Assembly: GCA_964539755.1 (NCBI GenBank)
Contig: CAZIKH010000001.1
Location: forward strand, 1 to 51,175
Length of the DNA stretch: 51,175 nt
Direction: 5' to 3'
Source: an uncultured Dinoroseobacter sp.
Lineage (GTDB): Bacteria; Pseudomonadota; Alphaproteobacteria; Rhodobacterales; Rhodobacteraceae
Of this stretch, positions 1 through 9,167 are shown in pieces (position 1 is the stretch's first letter; every line of letters starts with the position of its first letter). The position numbers and the translations under genes were made by a program. Under the pieces are notes generated by a model, which had not been told where the DNA came from, made no database searches, and worked only from the letters and a program-made list of their open reading frames with translations.

Positions 1-1
1 C

Positions 2-790
2 CTAGGTGCCGGACGCGACCTCGCCGCCCGTTGTCTGATCCTTGAATATCGTGGCGACCCCTGCCCCTGGGTGGGTGTCGCCGCGGCGGAAATTGCCATG
101 GTTGCGGGCGACATCCGGGGACGTGCCGCCCACCGATGCCAAATCACCACCCCCAAGGTATTGGTGCTGGAACGAGGATTGTCCGACCAGTTCCCCGTTC
201 ACGTAGAGGGCAAGGCCATTGTCCGAGTCCAGCGATCCTTCAAGGGTATAGGCCCCTTCGCTGACGTCCCAGATCACCTCGCCGCGATTGGATGCGGCCC
301 CGGCTGCGCGGCCATCGCCGCCTTGCAAGTACAGCTTGCCGTCGTGCTGGTAGAGGATACTGCCATGCACGCTGCCGCCCATTTCGAACAGGATGCCTTC
401 GTCCTCGGGGTTGAGGGTTACGTCCATCTTGAACGCGAACTGCTTGGTGTTCAGCAGATGGTTCGTCACCTCGCCCGGCTGGATCAGGGCGGTTTGGGTC
501 AGCCCTTGGGTGACCGCTTGGAAAAAGCTGGTGGAAATGAGGGTGCGCCCCACCTGGGTCGAAACCGTGCTGCTGGCGGTGTTCAACCCGCCCGACAGGG
601 TCCCGATCACGGCCAGCCCCAACCCGACCGTTGCAGCGGTCAGGACAACATGATCGACGGTGACCGCGCCGCGTTCATCGGCCCAAAAACCGGGCGGATC
701 TGGCTGTTGGGAATCACCCGCCCATAGACCGCGGCGCAAGGTCCGGTCCACCTGATGACTTCGAAAGAACGATAGACGCGCCGACATCAT
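2..790 (-). CDS. Flp/Tad pilin-like N-terminus fused to a beta-sandwich (LamG/ConA-like) domain, copy 2
   Basis: ATG at 790 overlaps the TGA of the upstream paralog (ATGA). Prepilin-like FWADERG|AVTVDHVVLTAATVGLGLAVIG is followed by a beta-rich domain (GILFEMGG..ILYQHDGKLYLQ..LALYVNGELV). The fold call is inference. Confidence 0.75.
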   Translation of the reverse strand: MMSARLSFFRSHQVDRTLRRGLWAGDSQQPDPPGFWADERGAVTVDHVVLTAATVGLGLAVIGTLSGGLNTASSTVSTQVGRTLISTSFFQAVTQGLTQTALIQPGEVTNHLLNTKQFAFKMDVTLNPEDEGILFEMGGSVHGSILYQHDGKLYLQGGDGRAAGAASNRGEVIWDVSEGAYTLEGSLDSDNGLALYVNGELVGQSSFQHQYLGGGDLASVGGTSPDVARNHGNFRRGDTHPGAGVATIFKDQTTGGEVASGT

Positions 791-1488
791 GTGCTGCCAG
801 CGTCGGGGATCGTCTGATCCTTGAAGATCGTCAGGGTGCCCGCCCCCGCATGGCGGTCCCCTTGGCGGAACCCGGCCCGATTGACGGGCGTACTGGCGGC
901 GGCGTCGCCGACCGCGCCGACATTTCCGCCGGAAACACGCGACGCGGTGAAGGCCGCCGTGTCCACCACTTGCCCATTTATGTACAAGGCAAGGCCACTG
1001 TCGCGGTCCAAGGACCCTTCGATCGTATAGGCCCCTTCCGAAATGTCCCAAACGGCTTCGCCGCGTTCCGGCGATGGACCTGTTCCATTGCCGCGCCCGC
1101 CTTGCAGGTACAGCTTGCCGTCATGCTGATACAAGATCGTGCCGTGCCCGGTGCCGCCGATTTCGAACAGGACGCCTTCGTCTTCGGCATTCAGGGTGGC
1201 TTCCAGTTTGAAGGCGAAGCTGTTGACGCTGCCAAGGTCGTCGATCAGGTCGCCCGCCCCATACTGCGCGGTCGCGATCAAACCGTTTGTGACGGCCTCG
1301 TAGAATGCCGTGCTGATGATGTTGCGCCCAACTTGGGTCGACACCGTGCTGCTGGCGGTGTTCAACCCGCCCGAGATGGTGCCGATCACGGCAAGGCCCA
1401 GCCCCATCGTCGCGGCGGTCAGCACCACGTGATCGACGGTGACTGCACCGCTGTCGTCCTTGGCAAATTCTCGCGCTTTGCGAAGCAT
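787..1488 (-). CDS. Flp/Tad pilin-like N-terminus fused to a beta-sandwich (LamG/ConA-like) domain, copy 1
   Basis: MLRKAREFAKDDSG|AVTVDHVVLTAATMGLGLAVIG gives a basic leader, a Gly cleavage site and a hydrophobic helix. Clearly paralogous to 2..790. Alternative start at 1530. Confidence 0.78.
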   Translation of the reverse strand: MLRKAREFAKDDSGAVTVDHVVLTAATMGLGLAVIGTISGGLNTASSTVSTQVGRNIISTAFYEAVTNGLIATAQYGAGDLIDDLGSVNSFAFKLEATLNAEDEGVLFEIGGTGHGTILYQHDGKLYLQGGRGNGTGPSPERGEAVWDISEGAYTIEGSLDRDSGLALYINGQVVDTAAFTASRVSGGNVGAVGDAAASTPVNRAGFRQGDRHAGAGTLTIFKDQTIPDAGST

Positions 1489-1599
1489 AATACGGCACCC
1501 ATTGCACACGCCTTCTTCGATCTTAGCCATCGAACACGCCCGAACTGCGTCAGGAGAATGGCAAGAATATGCGGCTGTGGGCGCCTAGGCGTGAATGGA

Positions 1600-4071
1600 T
1601 CAGTTCCGGCCCAGCAGACCGCCCAGCACATCCAGCAAGATGCGCTCGGCGGTGCTTTGCAGCGCTTCGGCGGGCGATTGGCTTTGTGGGCGGGTTTGGA
1701 CTTGGGGCTGCGCTTCGACAACACGCGGCGGAGGCACCGCCATCGGCAACGGGCGCGCGGGCAAACCTTCGTGCACGCGTTCCATGGTTTCGCGCCAAAT
1801 CTCGGCGGGCAAGCCCCCACCGGTGACCCCGGTTAACGGCGTGTTGTCGTCATAGCCCATCCAGACACCGGCGACATAATCCGCCGTAAAGCCGATGAAC
1901 CACGCATCCCGTGCGGCTTGGGTCGTTCCGGTCTTGCCGGCCGCTTCGCGCCCGTCCAACTTGGCGCGCCGACCTGTGCCCACTTCGAGCACTTGGTGCA
2001 TCATATAGGTCAGCTCGCGCGCGGCAGGTTCGGAAATGACCCGTTCGCCCATGCCGCCCACTTGGCCCATCAGCGGGGCGGCTTCGCCCTGCAAGCGCAA
2101 TTCGCGCAACCCGTAAGGATCGACGCTGCTGCCACCGTTCAGAATGCCCGCATAGGCGGCTGTCATTTCCAGAAGGGTCGCTTCGGATGCGCCCAAGGCC
2201 AAGGCCGGCCCCAAGGCCATGTCGCGATCAATTCCGAACTGGGCCGCAACCGTCCGCACCGTTTCGCGCCCAACGGCTTCGGACAGGCGCACAGCTGGAA
2301 TGTTCAAGGACGCGGCCAAGGCATAGGTCAGGGTCACATCGCCCGAAAACTCGCCCGTATAATTGCGCGGGGACCAAGGCCCCGATCCGGGAATGTCGAT
2401 CGTCAGCGGTGTGTCCTGTACAATGTCGTCGTAGCGATACCCAAGATCCAAGGCCGCAGCATAGACGAAGGGTTTGAACGCCGACCCGGTTTGCCGCAGC
2501 GCCTGTGTCGCGCGGTTGAATTGCCCGGTGGACCGGATCGCGCGACCGCCAACCATGGCGCGCACCGCGCCGTCGGACGACATCACGACGATGGCGGCCT
2601 GCGCTTCAGATCCTTCGCGCACCTGTGTGTCGAAGACATATTGCAGGGCGGTTTCCGCGGCGCGCTGAATGCGTTGGTCCATCGTGGTGGTGATGATCAC
2701 GTCTTCGGTCGTGTCGCGGGTCAGAAAGGACGGCCCGGTATCCATGACCCAATCCGCAAAGAACCCCCCGGCGCGGGCTTGCGCGGCCTCGCTCAGTTCG
2801 GCGGGGTTGGCACGGGCCTCGGCGGCTTGCGCCGCGCTGAGGTATCCCTGTTCTTCCATCAAGCGGACGATCGTGGCCGCGCGCCGCTGGGCCCGCGCCA
2901 GATCATTCGTGGGCGCAAAGCGCGACGGCGCGACCAGCAAGCCCGCCAGCATCGCCGCTTCGGCCGGGGTCACTTCGCTGGCGGATTTTGCGAAATAGCG
3001 CTGGCTGGCGGCTTCGAACCCGCGCGCCCCGGCCCCCAGATAGGCCCGGTTCAGATAGATCGTCAGGATCTCGTCCTTGGTGTAGCGCCCTTCCAGCGCC
3101 AAGGCATAGGGCACTTCCTTGATCTTGCGCCAGACCGACCCGACGCGGCAGTCGGCTTCGTATTCGGCTTCGGTCATGCCCGAATCCGGATCGTAGGGAT
3201 TGCCCAAGCACAGCAACTTGGCGACCTGCTGGGTGATGGTCGAACCGCCATTGCCCGACAAGGGGCCACGTCCTTCGCGCAGGTTGATCCGAATCGCGGA
3301 TGCAATGCCCCTTGGGCTGATCCCCCAATGTCCGAAGAACCGTTTGTCTTCGGTCGCGACAACAGCGTTGCGCAGATGGGGCGAGACGTTGTCAACGGTG
3401 ATGACCCCGCCGAACTGATCGCCGCGCCATGCGAAGACCTCGCCATTGCGGTCGGTCATGGTGACAGACCCCCGCACCCGCCCATCGGCCAATTCGACGG
3501 CTGGGGGCAGCATCGACATGTTGTAAAGCGTGGTCAGGCCAAGGATCGCCAGCACGACGATCGCCCCGCGCCAAGCCAGGGCCCAGAACGCCCAAAGGGT
3601 CCAACGCAGCAGCGTTGCAAGGGCATGGGTGAACCAGGAAAACGCGCGAAACGCAAAGCTGGGTCGGGCAGCCTCGTCAGGGCCGTCTGGCGGACCACCG
3701 GACCCGCCGCCCGGAAGGGTTTCGACCGGCGGCGGCAGATCGACAGGGGGCGGGCGGTGTGCGGGGGGCGGCGTGACGGGTGTGCTGCGCGCGACGGCCG
3801 GTTCGCGCCGCGGCGGGGCGGCGTCTTGGGCCGGATCGCGATAGGGCGGCGGGGATTGCGGTGTCGGTGCGGCCGGGTCCCGGTGAGGCGATTGGGCGGC
3901 TGGTCCCAAGCGGGGACGCTGTGACCGGATTTCGGGCGATGCAGTTTGCGGTTCGGTCGGGCCCGGTTCGGTCGGAGACGGCGCATAAGGCCCGCGTTCG
4001 ATTCGCAGCCGTCGCTTGGGCGGGGGCGCGCCCTCGGAACCCTTGGGGCCGGAACGGGAATCGTCACTCAT
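1600..4071 (-). CDS. Class A penicillin-binding protein (PBP1A family transglycosylase/transpeptidase)
   Basis: GT51 motifs EDKRFFGHWGI, GGSTITQQVAK, RKIKE and KDEILTIYLN; transpeptidase SAFK, SLN and KTGT; single TM segment; Pro-rich N-terminal tail. Confidence 0.93.
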   Translation of the reverse strand: MSDDSRSGPKGSEGAPPPKRRLRIERGPYAPSPTEPGPTEPQTASPEIRSQRPRLGPAAQSPHRDPAAPTPQSPPPYRDPAQDAAPPRREPAVARSTPVTPPPAHRPPPVDLPPPVETLPGGGSGGPPDGPDEAARPSFAFRAFSWFTHALATLLRWTLWAFWALAWRGAIVVLAILGLTTLYNMSMLPPAVELADGRVRGSVTMTDRNGEVFAWRGDQFGGVITVDNVSPHLRNAVVATEDKRFFGHWGISPRGIASAIRINLREGRGPLSGNGGSTITQQVAKLLCLGNPYDPDSGMTEAEYEADCRVGSVWRKIKEVPYALALEGRYTKDEILTIYLNRAYLGAGARGFEAASQRYFAKSASEVTPAEAAMLAGLLVAPSRFAPTNDLARAQRRAATIVRLMEEQGYLSAAQAAEARANPAELSEAAQARAGGFFADWVMDTGPSFLTRDTTEDVIITTTMDQRIQRAAETALQYVFDTQVREGSEAQAAIVVMSSDGAVRAMVGGRAIRSTGQFNRATQALRQTGSAFKPFVYAAALDLGYRYDDIVQDTPLTIDIPGSGPWSPRNYTGEFSGDVTLTYALAASLNIPAVRLSEAVGRETVRTVAAQFGIDRDMALGPALALGASEATLLEMTAAYAGILNGGSSVDPYGLRELRLQGEAAPLMGQVGGMGERVISEPAARELTYMMHQVLEVGTGRRAKLDGREAAGKTGTTQAARDAWFIGFTADYVAGVWMGYDDNTPLTGVTGGGLPAEIWRETMERVHEGLPARPLPMAVPPPRVVEAQPQVQTRPQSQSPAEALQSTAERILLDVLGGLLGRN

Positions 4072-4195
4072 GTCGCGGGTTCTGCCTTGGTCGCGCGTGG
4101 GCGTTGAGGGGACTGCTTCGATCTTCTTGGGACCAAAGGTAGGCAATTCCGAGTCGATTGTGGAGAGGGTGCTTGGTTATTCTGCATCTGCAAAA

Positions 4196-4241
4196 TGCCT
4201 AATAAATGTGCGCAAAGCCGGATTTGTGCAAAAAATGTGCA
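4196..4241 (+). promoter_or_regulatory. Tandem NtrC-like binding sites upstream of glnK-amtB
   Basis: TGCCT-AATAAAT-GTGCG (4196-4212) and TGTGC-AAAAAAT-GTGCA (4225-4241) resemble TGCAC-N7-GTGCA; glnK-amtB is a classical NtrC target. Confidence 0.6.
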
Positions 4242-4365
4242 AATTCAACTTCCGATTGCGCCCAGATCTTAACGGTTTGTTGAAGCTGGGGCCTTCGCGG
4301 CCTGATCTGCCCTCCGTGACGTCCCGCGCAAGCGGGCACACCTGCCAATCGGAAGGGTACCAAAC

Positions 4366-4704
4366 GTGAAACTCATCATCGCAGCAATCAAACCGTTCAA
4401 GCTGGAGGAAGTCCGCGAAGCGCTGACCTCCATCGGCGTGCGCGGCATGATGGTCACCGAGATCAAAGGGTTCGGATCGCAGTCCGGCCACACCGAGATC
4501 TATCGCGGGGCCGAATATGCCGTGAACTTCGTGCCGAAAGTGAAGCTGGAGATCGTCGTGGCCGATGCCATGGCCGATCAGGTCGTCGAGACGATCCAGT
4601 CCACTGCCAAGACCGACAAGATCGGTGACGGCAAGATCTTCGTTCTGGATGTGACGCAAGCTGTTCGCGTCCGCACCGGCGAAACCAACGACGACGCGCT
4701 GTAA
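4366..4704 (+). CDS. glnK: P-II nitrogen regulatory protein GlnK
   Basis: 112 aa with T-loop GHTEIYRGAEY and IGDGKIFV; GTG start; directly upstream of amtB. Confidence 0.96.
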   Translation: MKLIIAAIKPFKLEEVREALTSIGVRGMMVTEIKGFGSQSGHTEIYRGAEYAVNFVPKVKLEIVVADAMADQVVETIQSTAKTDKIGDGKIFVLDVTQAVRVRTGETNDDAL

Positions 4705-4742
4705 GACGCGCCGCATCTCCTCTGGGAAAGGAACACCTTCAG

Positions 4743-6053
4743 ATGAAACTGACGAAAACCCTTGCGCTCGCAGCGCTGGCAGTCTCGCTGCCCGCCCTCG
4801 GCTACGCGCAGGAAGAGGCTGCAACGCCCGACATCCAACCCTACATCTTTACCACCCTGCTGTTCCTGGTTGGCGGTTTCCTGGTTTTCTGGATGGCCGC
4901 TGGTTTTGCCATGCTGGAAGCCGGTCTGGTCCGTTCGAAGAACGTGACCATGCAGCTGACCAAGAACATCGCGTTGTTCTCCATCGCGGCCATCATGTAC
5001 TGGCTGGTGGGCTTCAACCTGATGTATCCGGGTGACTTCAACGGCTACTTCGCGCCCAACTTCGTGCCCACCGTGCTGGAACCCGTTGGTCTGGCCGCAG
5101 AAGACGCAGCCCTTGATTATGCGTCGGTCGGTTCGGACTTCTTCTTCCAGCTGATGTTTGTGGCTGCCACCGCGTCGATCGTGTCCGGTGCTTTGGCCGA
5201 ACGCATCAAGCTGTGGCCGTTCCTGATCTTCGTGGTCGTCCTGACCGGCATCATGTACCCGATCTCGGGTTCGTGGCAGTGGGGCGGTGGCTTCCTGTCC
5301 GAGATGGGCTTCAGCGACTTCGCTGGTTCGACCATCGTGCACTCGGTCGGCGGCTGGGCTGCCTTGGTCGGTGCGATCATCCTTGGCCCGCGTATCGGCA
5401 AGTACAAGGACGGCAAGGTCAACCCGATGCCCGGTTCGAACCTGGCGCTGGCAACCTTGGGCACGTTCATCCTGTGGCTGGGTTGGTTCGGCTTCAACGG
5501 CGGTTCGCAGCTGGCAGCCGGCACCGTTGGCGACATCACGGATGTGTCGCGCATCTTCGCCAACACCAACATGGCCGCTGCTTCGGGCGCTGTGACCGCG
5601 CTGATCCTGACGCAGGTTCTGTACAAGAAGCCTGACCTGACCATGGTGCTGAACGGCGCACTGGCTGGTCTGGTGTCGATCACCGCAGAACCGCTGGCAC
5701 CGTCGCTGTTCGGTGCGCTGTGGATCGGTGCCGTGGGCGGCGTGATCGTTGTCTTCACCGTGCCGCTGCTCGACAAGCTGAAGATCGACGACGTTGTCGG
5801 CGCAATCCCGGTTCACCTGTTCGCAGGCATCTGGGGCACCATCGCGGTGATCTTCTACAACACCGATGCGAGCCTCGTGACCCAGGTCATCGGCATCCTG
5901 TCCTACGCTGTGTTCACCGTGGTTGCTTCGGCCATCGTGTTCCTGATCCTCAAGATGGTCTTGGGGCTGCGGGTCAGCGAAGAAGCGGAAATCGCAGGTC
6001 TGGACGTGTCCGAAATGGGCATGGAAGCCTATCCCGACTTTACCAAAGGCTGA
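4743..6053 (+). CDS. amtB: Ammonium transporter AmtB
   Basis: Signal peptide; FFFQLMF, DFAGSTIVHSVGG, LWLGWFGFNGGS and IDDVVGAIPVH motifs. Confidence 0.96.
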   Translation: MKLTKTLALAALAVSLPALGYAQEEAATPDIQPYIFTTLLFLVGGFLVFWMAAGFAMLEAGLVRSKNVTMQLTKNIALFSIAAIMYWLVGFNLMYPGDFNGYFAPNFVPTVLEPVGLAAEDAALDYASVGSDFFFQLMFVAATASIVSGALAERIKLWPFLIFVVVLTGIMYPISGSWQWGGGFLSEMGFSDFAGSTIVHSVGGWAALVGAIILGPRIGKYKDGKVNPMPGSNLALATLGTFILWLGWFGFNGGSQLAAGTVGDITDVSRIFANTNMAAASGAVTALILTQVLYKKPDLTMVLNGALAGLVSITAEPLAPSLFGALWIGAVGGVIVVFTVPLLDKLKIDDVVGAIPVHLFAGIWGTIAVIFYNTDASLVTQVIGILSYAVFTVVASAIVFLILKMVLGLRVSEEAEIAGLDVSEMGMEAYPDFTKG

Positions 6054-6080
6054 TTATCCTTCCTATCAGCCGGTTGACTG

Positions 6081-6112
6081 CCCCGGGCGAACGCCCTTCG
6101 CCCGGGGATTTT
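6081..6112 (+). terminator. Intrinsic terminator after amtB
   Basis: CCCCGGGCGAA-cgccc-TTCGCCCGGGG followed by ATTTT. Confidence 0.75.
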
Positions 6113-6129
6113 CAATCAAGAACAACCAG

Positions 6130-6158
6130 AAAACGGCCCTGCCCAGCGGGGCCGTTTT
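6130..6158. terminator. Bidirectional terminator between amtB and tyrB
   Basis: AAAACGGCCC-tgcccagcg-GGGCCGTTTT with A/T tracts on both sides, between convergent genes. Confidence 0.75.
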
Positions 6159-6182
6159 GCTTTGGTGGGATTGGGTATGGGC

Positions 6183-7367
6183 TTAGGCCAGTTCGTCGGC
6201 GATGGCTTGGGCAACACGGGGGGCGATGGCGTCGGTCAGGCCCGCAAGGTTGATGCGGCCTTGCTTGACCAGATAGACCCCGTGCCTGTCGCGCAACCGA
6301 TCCAGAAGATCATCGTCGAACCCGAGGATCGAAAACATGCCCCGCTGCCGCGTAAGATAATCAAACCGCGTGTCGCCCAAGGCGGTCTGCAAAGCCTCCG
6401 CCAAGGTCTTGCGGTTCGCTGTCAGACGCGCGCGCATATCGGCAAGTTCGCCTTCCCAATCCGCCCGCAACGCAGGGTCGGTCAGGATTTCCGTTACGAC
6501 CCGCGTGCCATGATCCGGGGGAAAGGCGAAATTCAATCGGTTCAGGCCTGTCAGGTTGCCCTGCACGATCTGGCTTTGGGCGGGATTGGCCGACACGACA
6601 AAGGCCGCCGCCGCCCGATCGCGATAGAGACCAAAGCTTTTGGACCCCGACAGCGCCACCAAAAGTTGCGGCAGCCGGCTGGCCAAATGGCGCAAGCCCG
6701 CCGCGTCTTCCGCAACACCTTCGGCAAACCCTTGATACGCCATATCCACCAAGGGCAATGCCCCGGTCGCGTCGAAATGATCCCCCAGCGCACGCCATTG
6801 GTCGGCATCCAGATCCGCACCTGTAGGATTGTGCGCGGCCCCATGTAGGATAACCACATCATCCGGTCCGATCCCCGAGAGGTCGGCCATCATGCCGTTC
6901 CAATCCACCTGCCCGGTGGAGGCGTCATAATATCGATAATTGACCGGCGTCAGGCGGGCTGCCTTGGCAAGGCCGGGATGGTTCGGCCATGTCGGATCGC
7001 TGATCCAGACACGGGTGCCGGGGCGAACCAGCGCGACCAGATCCAGCAACTGCCGCAAGGCGGAACTGCCGCCCGGCGTGGCAACCGTGGCAATCCGGTC
7101 GTGGGACACGGCTTGGTCAAAAACAAGCATACGCGCAGCCGCATGAAAGGCAGGATCACCCGAGAGGGGCAGATAGGCCTTGGTGGTCTGGCTGTCCCAG
7201 ATGCGTTTTTCGGCCGCCTTCACCGCACGGAAGATCGGCGTCTGTCCAGCTGCATCGCGGTAGACCCCCACCCCAAGATCGATCTTGTCGGTCCGGGGGT
7301 CCGCCTGAAATGCCTGCATCAGGGCGATGATGGGATCGGGGGCATAGGCCGGAAGATCCGCAATCAT
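6183..7367 (-). CDS. tyrB: Aromatic amino acid / aspartate aminotransferase (class I)
   Basis: KIDLGVGVYRD, SDPTWPNH, HNPTG, DMAYQGF and the PLP-lysine motif SGSKSFGLY; ATGA overlap with sseA. Confidence 0.88.
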   Translation of the reverse strand: MIADLPAYAPDPIIALMQAFQADPRTDKIDLGVGVYRDAAGQTPIFRAVKAAEKRIWDSQTTKAYLPLSGDPAFHAAARMLVFDQAVSHDRIATVATPGGSSALRQLLDLVALVRPGTRVWISDPTWPNHPGLAKAARLTPVNYRYYDASTGQVDWNGMMADLSGIGPDDVVILHGAAHNPTGADLDADQWRALGDHFDATGALPLVDMAYQGFAEGVAEDAAGLRHLASRLPQLLVALSGSKSFGLYRDRAAAAFVVSANPAQSQIVQGNLTGLNRLNFAFPPDHGTRVVTEILTDPALRADWEGELADMRARLTANRKTLAEALQTALGDTRFDYLTRQRGMFSILGFDDDLLDRLRDRHGVYLVKQGRINLAGLTDAIAPRVAQAIADELA

Positions 7368-8221
7368 TCGGCGTCCCCGGTGGCGATGGGCAAATCCGGG
7401 TATTGGCCCCATTCGGACCAAGACCCGTCATAGAGGGAATGGTTGGCATGGCCCAGGCGTTCCAGGGCCAAGCTTAGGATCGCGGCGGTCACGCCGGACC
7501 CGCAGGAGGTGATGACAGGTTTGTCCAGATCGACCCCCGCCGCCGCGAAGGCCCCGCGCAAATCGTCCAGCGATTTCATCGTGCCGTCCGCATTCAGAAG
7601 CGCCTTGTAAGGCAGGTTCCGCGATCCCGGGATATGCCCGGCGCGCAGCCCCGCACGGGGCTCGGCGGCTTCGCCCCGGAAACGCTCGGCGCTGCGGGCA
7701 TCGACGATCTGGGGCGTGCCCAGTTTGGACGCCGCCGCAACCTGCGTGACGTCCCGAACCAGATGCGATTGTCGCGACACGGTGATGTGGCGATCCCGCG
7801 TCAATGGCGGCATGTCTTCCGTCGGGCGTCCTTCGGCCTGCCACTTGGCAAAGCCCCCATCCAGAACCGCGACGTCGGTCTTTCCCATCAACCGAAACAG
7901 CCACCAGACACGCGCAGCCGAGAACAACCCCGCCCCGTCATAGACCACGATCTGATGCCCATCGCCGATGCCCATCTTGCGCATCCGGCTGATGAACTTC
8001 TCAACCGGCGGGGCCATATGCGGCAGGTCCGAGCGTTGATCGCTGATTTCGTCGATATCGAAGAACCGCGCACCGGGGATATGCGCGGCTTGGTATTCCG
8101 CCGCCGCGTCCCGCCCCATATCCGGCAGGTACCACGACGCATCGAGTATCCGAAGATCCGGATCGTTCAAATGGGCGGCCAGCCAATCGGTCGAGACAAG
8201 GGTGCGGGGATCGTCAGACAT
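7364..8221 (-). CDS. sseA: 3-mercaptopyruvate sulfurtransferase
   Basis: Tandem rhodanese domains; HIPGA, active-site CGSGVTA, LYDGSWSEW. Confidence 0.93.
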   Translation of the reverse strand: MSDDPRTLVSTDWLAAHLNDPDLRILDASWYLPDMGRDAAAEYQAAHIPGARFFDIDEISDQRSDLPHMAPPVEKFISRMRKMGIGDGHQIVVYDGAGLFSAARVWWLFRLMGKTDVAVLDGGFAKWQAEGRPTEDMPPLTRDRHITVSRQSHLVRDVTQVAAASKLGTPQIVDARSAERFRGEAAEPRAGLRAGHIPGSRNLPYKALLNADGTMKSLDDLRGAFAAAGVDLDKPVITSCGSGVTAAILSLALERLGHANHSLYDGSWSEWGQYPDLPIATGDAE

Positions 8222-8293
8222 CTAAGGGGCCTCCGGGCGGTAGGAACCCGATAGCACTACCGCCCAGACCCAGAGATTGTCCAGAGAATGCGC

Positions 8294-8551
8294 CTATCTG
8301 GCCAGTGCCGTCTTCACCAGACCCACGATCAGCAGGACCACCGCGCCCCCGGCACCGCCGCTGGCCACTTGGCCGACAACGCCCGTCAGCCCGCCCGCAC
8401 CAATCGCCCCAAGGATCTGGCTGCCCAAGCCACCGCCGACAATCCCGGCGACCGAATTGCCAAGAAGCCCAAGGTTGAACCGTTTCAACACGGCCCCGGC
8501 CAGATTGCCGCCAACGGCGCCGGATAAAAGACTGATCAGAATGCCGTCCAT
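8294..8551 (-). CDS. Small Gly-rich membrane protein (glycine-zipper, GlsB/YeaQ-like)
   Basis: 85 aa hydrophobic with repeated GxxG; GGAGGG RBS before ATG 8551. Confidence 0.75.
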   Translation of the reverse strand: MDGILISLLSGAVGGNLAGAVLKRFNLGLLGNSVAGIVGGGLGSQILGAIGAGGLTGVVGQVASGGAGGAVVLLIVGLVKTALAR

Positions 8552-8619
8552 TCCACCCTCCGTCACTGGTTATGCCCGGTCGGTGTCGCAAGCCGGACAA
8601 CCCTTTTTCAGGGGAAACC

Positions 8620-9096
8620 CTAGCCCTGCTGCTTCAAAAGCCGGGCTTTCTGGCGCTGCCAATCGCGCTTGGCATCGGTTTCGCGTTTGTCGGCCAGCTT
8701 CTTGCCCTTGGCGATACCGATCTTCAGCTTCACCAATCCCCGATGATTGAAATACATGACAAGGGGCACAAGCGTCATGCCTTCGCGCTGGGTCGCACTC
8801 CAGAGTTTGTTCAATTCGCGCTTTGAGACCAGCAATTTTCGGCGGCGCCGTTCTTCGTGCCCCCATGTCTTGGCCTGCGTGTAGGGGGCGATATAGCCGT
8901 TGACCAACCACAGTTCCCCGTCTTCGACAGCGGCATAGCTTTCCGCAATATTCGACCCGCCTGCGCGCAGCGATTTGACCTCGGACCCGTGCAAGACGAT
9001 TCCGACTTCCAGATCATCTTCGATCGCGTATTCCCGGCGCGCACGCCGATTTTCCGCGATGATCTTGTAATTGGGGTCTGATTTACCTTGGGCCAT
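8620..9096 (-). CDS. smpB: SsrA-binding protein SmpB
   Basis: [27 protein letters not shown] and GKKLADKRE motifs. Confidence 0.97.
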   Translation of the reverse strand: MAQGKSDPNYKIIAENRRARREYAIEDDLEVGIVLHGSEVKSLRAGGSNIAESYAAVEDGELWLVNGYIAPYTQAKTWGHEERRRRKLLVSKRELNKLWSATQREGMTLVPLVMYFNHRGLVKLKIGIAKGKKLADKRETDAKRDWQRQKARLLKQQG

Positions 9097-9167
9097 GATC
9101 CGCCCTATCTAGGCACCGGACGCGCGGGGGGCAACGCCCCACGCCGATCCTGTCGCAAATGGCAGGG

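Noticed and set aside
791-1051. N-terminal 87 aa of the 349-aa ORF
   Set aside because: Overlaps the upstream paralog in another frame; the ATGA junction gives the start at 790.
1918-3924. 668-aa plus-strand ORF, and similar long antisense ORFs (4578-5816, 23434-24990, 25047-26330, 34530-35849)
   Set aside because: Shadow ORFs opposite well-supported genes, expected from high-GC codon bias; no recognisable motifs.
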